32,000 bases of DNA from Bifidobacterium longum subsp. longum JCM 1217 (GTDB lineage: Bacteria > Actinomycetota > Actinomycetes > Actinomycetales > Bifidobacteriaceae): contig NC_015067.1 of the NCBI RefSeq assembly GCF_000196555.1, positions 510,001 through 542,000 on the forward strand. Reading direction: 5' to 3'. Each line of letters opens with the position of its first letter. The first letter of the stretch is position 1. A program made the translations under genes and the position numbers. The notes beneath the pieces were generated by a model, which had not been told where the DNA came from, made no database searches, and was given only the letters and a program-made list of their open reading frames with translations. This document shows, piece after piece, positions 21,118 through 29,900 of this stretch.

Positions 21118-22539
21118 TCATTCTTGCGGCTTGGCCGCACAGGCGATGGCGGGGCTGACGGACATCTGGCGGTTCTTGCGCACAATGGACACCTGAATGC
21201 AGGTCTGCGAGCCTTCCTGCGCGTTGACGGTCACCGTGGGATCTGACGTTGTGACGGTTTGCGCGCTCTGGTCGGTATTGCTGCCCTGCACTATGGCCCA
21301 CGCATAGGTATCACCGCTTTGCGGGTCTGGATTCGTCCAGGTGAACGTCACGGATGACCCATCCGCCGCATAGGTGCCGTTCAGATTCTCCGGGGAAGGA
21401 ATCTGGGCGTTCGCGGTATCGGTGATCACGTCATCCTGATTATTGCGGTTGTTGTCATCATCCTTGGTGCCGGGCGTCGCCACCTGTTTGGTATCTGATC
21501 CGGTGGCGCTGTCCATGCGGGGAACGACCACGAAGGCGAATATCAGTGCCGCTGCGGTGATCGCCGCAAGTATACCGACGGTAATACCCACCGGTTTGAC
21601 CCATCGCCGTGACGAACGGGTGATCTGATCTCGCTGGTCCGTGGCCCGGCGCCGACGCTCGATGTCTTTGGGATAGGCCGGCATCCCTTCCACGGTAACG
21701 GGAGTGGCATGCCCGAAATATGCGAATTGCACACGCTGCATGGCACGTGCGAACTCCAACGCGGAGTAGTACCGCTGGTCGGGGTCCTTGTTCAGGGCCC
21801 GGCGCAGCACCGCTTCCACATCGGCCGGCACGTCGGGGCGGTTGAGGCGAGGCAATGGCTGGTTGACGATCAGCGAAATCAGTTCCGATTGCGAACGCGG
21901 GTGATAATCGTGCTGGAATGGCGAGCAGCCGACGAACATGGCGTACAGGGTGGCCGCCAGTGAATAGATGTCGGCGGCTTCCGAACCATTGGTCAGATGC
22001 TGAAGCACTTCAGGCGGTGCCCACGGCGGCGAGAATCCGGTTTCGGTACGGTCATACACATCGGTGGAGATACCGAAATCACCCAGAACAGGCAAGCCCT
22101 GCGAGGTGATGAGAATGTTGCTGGGCTTGATGTCGTGATGGATGATATTGCTGCGATGCGCGGTGAACAGCGCGCTTGACAGCTTGATGCCGAGGTCGAG
22201 TACCTGCTCGCAGGTCATGGACCGGGCCTTCATGATGCTGTTGTAGGTGCCGCCCGGCGCATATTCGATGACGATGTAGCCATGGCCATCGGAGGTGACG
22301 CCGGCACCATATACCGGCAGAATGTACGGGTGGGATGACAGCTTGGCCATGAAGTTGGCCTCGCGGTTGAACAGGGCAGCGGCCCGTGGGTCAAGGGTTT
22401 TGGCGCTGGCCTTTACCGCCACCGGGCGTGCGGGCATACGCTGGTTATATAGGTACACCGTGGCGGTGGCACCGCTTCCCAACATCTGGACGAAATCATA
22501 TCCGGGCAGCTTCGGCGGTCTCATCGGAATGTTGTCCAT
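21118..22539 (-). CDS. Hanks-type Ser/Thr protein kinase, single-pass membrane protein with an extracellular Fn3-like domain
   Basis: Kinase motifs are present: LGSGATATVY, VAVKA, IIHHDIKPSNILI, DFGIS and WAPPE. The TM helix is VGITVGILAAITAAALIFAFVVV. The C-terminal ectodomain reads SVTFTWTNPDPQSGDTYAWAIV...CIQVSIV. I prefer the start at ATG 22539 (MDNIPMRPP...) because AAGGAGGGAGGG lies just upstream; the track's 22578 start has no RBS. Confidence 0.9.
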   Translation of the reverse strand: MDNIPMRPPKLPGYDFVQMLGSGATATVYLYNQRMPARPVAVKASAKTLDPRAAALFNREANFMAKLSSHPYILPVYGAGVTSDGHGYIVIEYAPGGTYNSIMKARSMTCEQVLDLGIKLSSALFTAHRSNIIHHDIKPSNILITSQGLPVLGDFGISTDVYDRTETGFSPPWAPPEVLQHLTNGSEAADIYSLAATLYAMFVGCSPFQHDYHPRSQSELISLIVNQPLPRLNRPDVPADVEAVLRRALNKDPDQRYYSALEFARAMQRVQFAYFGHATPVTVEGMPAYPKDIERRRRATDQRDQITRSSRRWVKPVGITVGILAAITAAALIFAFVVVPRMDSATGSDTKQVATPGTKDDDNNRNNQDDVITDTANAQIPSPENLNGTYAADGSSVTFTWTNPDPQSGDTYAWAIVQGSNTDQSAQTVTTSDPTVTVNAQEGSQTCIQVSIVRKNRQMSVSPAIACAAKPQE

Positions 22540-22667
22540 CTGTTCCCTCCCTCCTTGGAAAATGCGCTCTCCCTGCATTCGTTCTACAGGATACCGTCAA
22601 GGGTACGATTCTTCGTCGGGTTCGGTAAAATTTTTCCCTCTGTGACGGTCGGGTTTAGGCTGGAGCC
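22540..22667. promoter_or_regulatory. Divergent intergenic region expected to hold promoters for the kinase operon (-) and the helicase-nuclease pair (+)
   Basis: This is a 128-nt gap between divergent starts. There is a TAAAAT -10-like hexamer at 22626-22631 (+ strand, 37 nt before the ATG at 22668). There is a TTGACG -35-like hexamer on the - strand (complement of 22595-22600). Neither has a convincing partner hexamer. Confidence 0.3.
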
Positions 22668-25600
22668 ATGATGACGAGACTTGAACCTGGAACAGTGCTG
22701 GACGGCATCGACCGTGATGGAGCGGCGAGGCTGATTGTCGGCACGCCTGGAAGCGGCAAAACTGAATTCGCCTTATCGGTGTTGATGGCGGGGCTGCGCC
22801 GCTACGGTGGCACGCAGGCGGTGATGGCCGTATCCGGCCGTGTGGCCGCCGACGCATTGGGCAATCGGGTGATTCGTGAGCTCGGGTTTTCCGTGCAGGC
22901 CAGGCCGGTCACCACGCTGGGTGCCGTGGCATTCCGGGCCATATCGGCTTTGCGCGAGGGAACTGGATTGCCGTCGCCTCGATTGCTGAACGGTGCGGAA
23001 CAGGATGCTTTGCTGCGTCAAGTCATGGCCGTGCATCTGCGCCATGCCGTAGCGGGAGATGATTGCGGCACCTGTGATTTGCTGCGCGTCTACTTTGCCC
23101 AGGATGACTGGGCGAGACTCATACGCGATGCCGGTGCCGGCGAGATGCCCGGCTCGGCCGCTTCCGCACAATCAAGCCTCTCGCAACAAGGGTCGGATTC
23201 GCCGTCTCCGACGTCGGCAGGCGGCTCGACCAGCGCGGATAGGTTCACGCGAGGTATTTCAGATGCGTTTATCAGCCAGTTGCGCGATATGCTGGCCCGA
23301 TTGGATGAGCTCGGTGTAGGCGTTCACGAAGAGCCACGTCTCTTGGACGCCGTGACGGAGGACGCGCGATTGTCGGTGCAATGGCGTTTGGCTTTCGCGT
23401 TGCGCCGTGAATATATTGCAGCCCAAAGCGCGGTATATCCGGGGCAATACCGTTTGGATGCCTCGTATTTGCTGGTGGCAGGCGCTCGTGTGGTGCGTGA
23501 GGCATTCGCCGCCGATCACGCGGATGATTCCGACCGGCCTATGTGTGTGGAGGCGTTGGGCTTGCCCCGGCTGCTGGTTGTGGATGATGTTCAAGACACC
23601 ACGCTGGCCGGCATGCGCTTCTTGGAGGAGTTGGGGAATGCCGGCGTCAAGTTGGTGCTGGTCGGCAACCCGGATGAATCGGTGCAGACCTTCCGCGGAT
23701 CGTATCCGGAATATCTGATGCGCCGTGCCGTGGAAGGGCGGCTGAAGGCCAAGGAAGAACAGCTGGTTGGCGGCAGTGCCGTCGCTGATCAGTCGCACAT
23801 GACGATGGCTGATGTGATCGCGTCTCGTATTTCGCTGTCGATTCCCTCGCCGGAAGACGAGCCGCTGCCTCCGGCCGAGCGTCCCGGCAAGCTGACCGCC
23901 ATACTGGGCGGAGTCGATGCAGCGAATTATCAGGCGGACGGCACGGTGACCGCCGGCCTGTACCGATCCTCACGTGAGGAGCTGGATGATGTGGTCTGGC
24001 GCATCAAGCGGGCGCATCTTGACCGGCATATTCGGTGGAACGACATGGCGGTCATCACCCACGACAATGCCGCCGTGCGGCTGTTCGGCGAACGACTGCG
24101 CCGAGATGGTGTACCGGTGCGGTATTCGTCGGTCACCCGTCCTTTGAAGGACGAGACTTTCGTGCAGGGATTGTTCGCGCTTGTGGAGCTTGCCCGATTG
24201 CGTGCCGAGGGGATGGCGGAATGCCAGATGACGTTGGCTTCCTGCGCGGCATATATAAGGACTAGAGTGGCCACGTTGATGAACGGCCCGTTGGTGAGTG
24301 CCGGGGCCAAACCCGGTCAGGGGCGTCCCGCAAGGCTTGCGCCGATCGAATCGGCCATGGGGTCGTTGGAGTCGCTGGCGCATCTCGCCACGGATGATGC
24401 CATGCTGACCTCTCTGACGACGGCATGGGAAACATTGCGTGAAACATACCATGAAACACGGCGTGAAACAGGTCGTGAAACATCCTCGTCAGTGGTTTCG
24501 ACGTCAGCGGTTTCGTCGTCAGTGACTTCGTTGCCAGTGTCTGTCGAAATACTCGGTGAACCGTCCGGCGATGACTTGGCCTTTGGCGTTGACGCGCTGT
24601 ACGTGATGCTTGCCATTGATGATGCCGCCGCGCCGGCGCAGGCTGCGCTCGCATCCATCCACGCGGTGCTCGGCAACGACCCTCAGGCCCGCGCTTTTGC
24701 GAACCTGTGGCATCTGGTGGGCAGCGTTGCTTCCGGCTTGGAGCGGCTGCCGGCAAGCCAGCGCGTACAGCCGCGCTATGCGCTGTCTGTTGCGTGGAAC
24801 GCCACCGGTCTGGCACCGGTCTGGCAGCGTGCGGCATTATTCAACACGGCAGAGGGGCGTACGGCCAATGACCGGCTGGACGCGGCAATGCGCCTGTTCC
24901 AGTTCGCCGATGATTCCACCGCCAGTCGAGACATCACGTCATTCATGGCACAGGTTCGGGGCATGGAAGTGCAGGCCGATTCCTTGGCCCACATAGGACC
25001 GGTGGAAGACGCGGTGACATTGACTACGCCGGCAGGCGCGGCCGGACGCCACTGGGAATATGCGTGGATACCGGTGGTCCAGCAAGACGTGTGGCCGAAC
25101 CTCGCCGGGCGCAACACCATGTTCGGTGGTGAAGACCTTGCCGAGCTCGTGCTGAGGGGAGCGCTTGAAGAAAGCGACAAAACCGGGCATGATCCGCGGT
25201 TCGCGGCTGTATTGTCGGGCGAGAAGAAGAGTTTCCTGGTCGCGCTGACCCGTGCACGGCGAATCATGATCAGCGCGGTATGGAACGACAGCATGAGCCC
25301 CTCGGACTTTCTCTTCGGGTATCTGCCGGAATACTATCCGCGCAACCGGCAACAGGCGCCTTTCACCACAGTGGGGGCACATGCGGGATTCGCCGAATAT
25401 GATCTGGCCGGATTGGACGCCGACCCACGTGGGTTGGTCAGCGCCGCCCGCGCGGTTCTGGCCACTGCTCAACCGCAGCAGGCTGCCGCAAAGGACGCCG
25501 CGATTGCGTTGACACTCCTGTTAGAGCATGGTGTGCGCGCCGCAAATCCGCAGAGCTGGGCGTTTGTGGAATCGCCGGCCCAATCGGATAGCGCGTCATC

Positions 25601-26981
25601 TGGCGGTGCGTCATCTGGCGGTGCGTCATCTGGCGATACCTCATCTGACAGTGCCTCATCCGACAGCGCGTCATCTGGTGGTGTACAGCCTGACGGTATC
25701 CAAACAGGGAAAGGCAAGACGGATGCGCAGGCCGCGCCCATGGTCACCTTATCTCCATCGGCGGTCGACAGCCTATGGGCGTGCCCGGTGTGCTGGATGC
25801 TGGAGAACCGGTTCGCCGGTCCTCGCCCCAGCTCCGTGGCCACCAGTTTCGGAACCCTCATCCATGCGGTTGCGCAGCAAGGCAGCGAGGAAGGGCTGGA
25901 CCATCTTTCCCACAATGCCCAGGCGTTGGCCGCACTGGGCTTGGACTCCACGGCCGGCGCGGAACGTCGCATCGAGGCTGTCTCGGCACGGCTTAATGCC
26001 ATCTATCAGAGCAAACGTCCTGATCCGAATGCCATAGCCGACACCCGGAACCGCTATGAGGCCACCCGTAAGGACGAGTCCGCGGCGGATACCCTGCGCA
26101 ACATCGCCGATTACTTTGTGCGCAGCGACGCCGATCCGGAAACGTATCTTGGCAAGAACTCCAGCAACTTCAGCATTGGCGCATTGGCCGGTGCCGAATG
26201 CGAACGGGAGTTTGCCGCACGATTCGATGTGCGTGACATACTCGACGCATACAATGCCGTGCCCGGCCTGCACCCAATCGGTCGGAACACGCTGGTCCGT
26301 CTGATGGGAGCACTGGTCGGAGGGTGGCCGGAAGGCATGGACGAGCATCTGACCGTGAGACTGTCCGGGCGCATCGACCGTATGGAAACCCGCGTACTCG
26401 CAGACGGCGGCGAATGCATTCGCCTCATTGACTACAAAACAGGCAGAACGCCCACGGTCAAACAGATTTTCAATGATTTGCAGCTCGTGTGCTATCAGCT
26501 TGGCCTCGTGTTCCCCGAAGACGGGCCGCGCGGTGCCAAGGCACTTGCCGCAATGCCGCATATCAGCCAAAGCGTGCTATTCCATGTCGGGCAGAATGCG
26601 GCACCAGCCAGAAGCTACGCTCCGGAAGGTGCCTTCCAGCCGCCGCTGTTCACTGATGGCTCGTTGAATGCCGAACCGTTCACGCCCCGATACTGGTATA
26701 AAGACCCCAACCGTTTCTTCGACATACCCGCCATAGATCCGGCTACTCCTCCCGAAGGTGTGAGTGCCGAAGCGTGGGCGCAATTCGCCGCGCTCGCCGG
26801 TACGCAGACGTTATGGTCGCTGACCATGATCGCCCGCGTATTCTATGCCGCGGCGGCCAGCAGATCAGCCATCATCGAGGCCCATCCGCAAGACACCCAT
26901 ATCGGATTCTGCCGTATGAAGAACGTCTGCCCTGCCTGTGCAGGCCAGATCGACACGATTTTCGAAACGAGGCAAGCATGA
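22668..26981 (+). CDS. adnA: UvrD-like helicase / PD-(D/E)XK (RecB-family) nuclease subunit, AdnA-like, with a Cys cluster bracketing the nuclease domain
   Basis: Walker A IVGTPGSGKTEF, motif II LLVVDDVQDTT and motif III LVGNPDESVQTFRGS. The C-terminal RecB nuclease motifs are GRIDRME, LIDYKTGRTP and QLVCYQL. Cysteines are CPVC upstream and CRMKNVCPAC downstream of the nuclease. 1437 aa. The symbol is assigned from the two-subunit architecture only. Confidence 0.8.
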   Translation: MMTRLEPGTVLDGIDRDGAARLIVGTPGSGKTEFALSVLMAGLRRYGGTQAVMAVSGRVAADALGNRVIRELGFSVQARPVTTLGAVAFRAISALREGTGLPSPRLLNGAEQDALLRQVMAVHLRHAVAGDDCGTCDLLRVYFAQDDWARLIRDAGAGEMPGSAASAQSSLSQQGSDSPSPTSAGGSTSADRFTRGISDAFISQLRDMLARLDELGVGVHEEPRLLDAVTEDARLSVQWRLAFALRREYIAAQSAVYPGQYRLDASYLLVAGARVVREAFAADHADDSDRPMCVEALGLPRLLVVDDVQDTTLAGMRFLEELGNAGVKLVLVGNPDESVQTFRGSYPEYLMRRAVEGRLKAKEEQLVGGSAVADQSHMTMADVIASRISLSIPSPEDEPLPPAERPGKLTAILGGVDAANYQADGTVTAGLYRSSREELDDVVWRIKRAHLDRHIRWNDMAVITHDNAAVRLFGERLRRDGVPVRYSSVTRPLKDETFVQGLFALVELARLRAEGMAECQMTLASCAAYIRTRVATLMNGPLVSAGAKPGQGRPARLAPIESAMGSLESLAHLATDDAMLTSLTTAWETLRETYHETRRETGRETSSSVVSTSAVSSSVTSLPVSVEILGEPSGDDLAFGVDALYVMLAIDDAAAPAQAALASIHAVLGNDPQARAFANLWHLVGSVASGLERLPASQRVQPRYALSVAWNATGLAPVWQRAALFNTAEGRTANDRLDAAMRLFQFADDSTASRDITSFMAQVRGMEVQADSLAHIGPVEDAVTLTTPAGAAGRHWEYAWIPVVQQDVWPNLAGRNTMFGGEDLAELVLRGALEESDKTGHDPRFAAVLSGEKKSFLVALTRARRIMISAVWNDSMSPSDFLFGYLPEYYPRNRQQAPFTTVGAHAGFAEYDLAGLDADPRGLVSAARAVLATAQPQQAAAKDAAIALTLLLEHGVRAANPQSWAFVESPAQSDSASSGGASSGGASSGDTSSDSASSDSASSGGVQPDGIQTGKGKTDAQAAPMVTLSPSAVDSLWACPVCWMLENRFAGPRPSSVATSFGTLIHAVAQQGSEEGLDHLSHNAQALAALGLDSTAGAERRIEAVSARLNAIYQSKRPDPNAIADTRNRYEATRKDESAADTLRNIADYFVRSDADPETYLGKNSSNFSIGALAGAECEREFAARFDVRDILDAYNAVPGLHPIGRNTLVRLMGALVGGWPEGMDEHLTVRLSGRIDRMETRVLADGGECIRLIDYKTGRTPTVKQIFNDLQLVCYQLGLVFPEDGPRGAKALAAMPHISQSVLFHVGQNAAPARSYAPEGAFQPPLFTDGSLNAEPFTPRYWYKDPNRFFDIPAIDPATPPEGVSAEAWAQFAALAGTQTLWSLTMIARVFYAAAASRSAIIEAHPQDTHIGFCRMKNVCPACAGQIDTIFETRQA
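24429..24488 (+). repeat. 5 x 12-bp in-frame repeat (GAAACAnnnnnn) encoding ETLR ETYH ETRR ETGR ETSS, followed by a Ser/Val-rich tract to about 24535
   Basis: Read directly: gaaacattgcgt gaaacataccat gaaacacggcgt gaaacaggtcgt gaaacatcctcg. Confidence 0.8.
25593..25682 (+). repeat. 6 x 15-bp in-frame tandem repeat encoding ASSGG ASSGG ASSGD TSSDS ASSDS ASSGG
   Basis: The first two copies are perfect (gcgtcatctggcggt x2), followed by four degenerate copies. The repeat lies between the helicase and nuclease modules of the AdnA-like protein. Confidence 0.9.
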
Positions 26982-29900
26982 GCACGTTCACTCCCAGTGC
27001 GGAACAGGCCGCCATCATCGATGCGCCAGTCGATGCTGACGTATTGGTGGTTGCCGGTGCCGGTTCCGGCAAAACCTTTACGATGACCCAACGCATCATC
27101 GCGCTTATCAATCGAGGTGTGGCACCTGAACGCATCCTGGGCCTGACCTTCACACGCAAGGCCGCAGGCGAACTGCTGGAACGCGTCTCCGCCGCAGTGG
27201 CCGGTGATATGGCGGGCTCTACGACCGCCACGGTGTCTGATCGGGCATTCCTCAAGCCGGCCATTTTCACGTATGACGCCTTCTTCCAGACCATCGTGCG
27301 CCAATATGGACTGCTTGTCGGATTCGATCAGAACACGCAACCATTGAGCGCAGCCGGAGCGCTTCAACTGGCCACCGAAGTCATCGACAGTCACATGGAT
27401 CTGGCGTTCAGTGAGGATTTTGGCGCCTTCTCCAGTTTGGCGAACCGTGTTCTGGCGTTGTCGGATGCCATTGGCAGTGCCATGATCGGTGCCGGCTGCA
27501 CCAGCTTCGATGATGCGATCAATCGAGTACGGCAATGGGATTCGGCATTCATCAATCGATTGCAACAAGCCGTTGCAGACGAACCCATGCCCGAGGACGA
27601 GCCGAAAATCCCCAAGATCAAACGACTGAAGAAAGATACCGACGCCAGCTGGCAAGCCAAGCTCGATGACCGTGCCGAACATTTGCACGCCCGCTGCACC
27701 TATCATTGCGGTGCGCTGCTGGAGACCACACGCAAACGCGATATTCTGCTCCAGCTGGTGGAGGCCTATGCCCAAGCCAAGCGGGAACGCAATATGGCCG
27801 AATTCTCCGACTTCACCATTGCCGCGTATCAGCTTATCGAGCGCTTCCCCTCCATCGGAGAGCGTACGCGCCGCAGGTACAGCCACGTGCTGCTCGACGA
27901 ATATCAGGACACCTCCACCACGCAGGCCGCTCTGCTGGCAGCACTGTTCCACGTGGATGCGTCACAGAGGTCCGCCGTCAACGCGGTGGGTGATCCGTTC
28001 CAGTCGATTTACGCATGGCGTGGTGCCAGCCCTGGTGCATTCCGTATGTTCCAGCAAGATTTCCACCTGCCTGCCGGATACAAGCCATTCCCGTTGTCCG
28101 TCACCAGGCGCAACAGCCGTATAGTGCTCGAAGCCGCCAATAATCTCACGCTGCCGTTGCGCTCCAATCCGTCGCGTCCCTCCAGCTCATTGATGCGTGA
28201 GGTCGATGTCTCATCGCTCGACCCCATGCCTGATGCCCCCGAAGGAACATTGGGAGTACTGGGCTTCGCCACGGCCGGGCAGGAGATCGACGCCGTAGTG
28301 CGTTTCTGCAAGACGGCCATCGCACGGCACCGTTCCGCAGCCGAACAACAGGAACAGATGCCGGGCGAACAGAAAGCGCCGGTCGCCGTGCTGTTTCGGT
28401 CCAAATCACATATGCCCGAATATCAGGCGGCATTGGAACAGGCCGGATTGACCACATTCGTGGTCGGCTATTCCGCGCTGCTGGAACGTCCGGAAATCCG
28501 CGATCTGATGGCGTTGCTGCACGTGGCCGCCGACCACACCGATACGGGATCGCTGATGCGCTTGCTGGCCACGCCACGATTCACCATGTCCGCAGCGGAT
28601 TTGACCATGTTGGCCCGTTTTGCTGAAGAACAGAACATGGAACAACGCTTCCAAGCATTGGTGCAGGCCGGCCTTGCCCAACCGGATACACCAGCGAATG
28701 AATGGGCGGCTGTGGTGCGTGAGTACCGCGATCAGGTGGCCAATGCGGTATTCCTGCCAGACGTATTGCTACGCGGCGACCTGGTAAAACTGCTTGAACG
28801 GTTGAGCGCACACGGGCGCAACGCCATAACCTGGGCCGCGGTGATGCTCCGTCAGGTGCATGATGCCGTCGGGCGGCCACTGGGCGACGTGATTCGCGCC
28901 GGCATAGAAGCGTTGGATCTTGACATCGACACCGTATTGGCCGGTGTGCTGCATAATCCGCAGCACCGCGCCAATCCCGCTTTGGCGCATATGCCTATGG
29001 ATGCGATTGTGGATTTGGTGGATACGTACACGCAAGAGATTGCCGCTGAGCAAACTCCCTCGTTGCATGGGTTCATCACATGGGTGGATCATCTGGCTTC
29101 GGTGGAGGATGAAGCCGCCAGTCTCCCCGACGCTCCGGTGGATGTGGAACTGATGACCGTACACCAGTCCAAAGGGTTGGAATGGGATGCCGTTGCGGTA
29201 GTGGGGCTTACCGCCGGCGGATTCCCCAGCAATCAGGGCGACCATCTCAAGATCGTGCTGGACGAACACCATACGGGAGGCACCGAGCAAGGTCACTGGA
29301 CCGCACCCGAATATCATGAGACCGCCGACTCCTGGCTCACCAACCCCACCGCCGTGCCCGTGCCTATGCGCGCCGATGCCGGCATTTTGCCGCGATTCCC
29401 CCATGATGCCGATGTGGAAGCCGACCCCATCGCATCGTTGGCGGCTTTGGATGATGTGGAGCTTATCGATGATGAAGTGTTCGGCTCCATGCGCGAATTC
29501 GGCGATGGCGTGGAAGAAGTGGATGCATCCGGCTGGTATTTGACGCAGGCGGAGGAATATGGGCGTCGGCTGCATGCCGACGAACGTCGATTGATGTATG
29601 TGGCGCTTACCCGTGCGCGGGAAGATGCCCTGATGACCTATTGCGCCTATACGGGCGAATCCGGGCGGGACCCGTCAGTGGTGCCCAAAGGCTCTCGCGC
29701 CGCTCAGCCATCCAATTTCTGGCTTGAAGTGCATGACGCGCTCCAAGCCCGTGAACATGCGATATCGGCTCAGGACTGTGTGGAACGGCTGCAAACCGCC
29801 AATGCCGGGAAGCCCATGCTGATCTCGGCGCAAGGCGAAGCGATTGCCCCTCCCGAAGGGTTCTTTATCGGAGAGCATGCCGCGGCATACAGTGACGCCG

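Noticed and set aside
20852-21301. 149-aa minus-strand ORF spanning the kinase/giant-gene spacer
   Set aside because: It overlaps both flanking real genes out of frame. It is Arg/His/Pro-rich and has no RBS. The part confined to the spacer is too short to support a gene call.
22540-22578. 13-codon N-terminal extension of the kinase (MQGERIFQGGREQ)
   Set aside because: The extension itself contains the AAGGAGGGAGGG Shine-Dalgarno that serves the ATG at 22539. There is no RBS upstream of 22578.
26774-26977. 68-codon upstream extension of the AdnB-like ORF
   Set aside because: It overlaps the 3' end of the AdnA-like gene in another frame. The ATG at 26978 forms a classic ATGA stop/start overlap and yields the canonical UvrD N-terminus.
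25773-29575. Long minus-strand ORFs (25773..26570, 26843..27952, 28769..29575) opposite the helicase-nuclease genes
   Set aside because: These are antisense artefacts with no motifs and composition typical of the reverse frame of GC-rich coding sequence.
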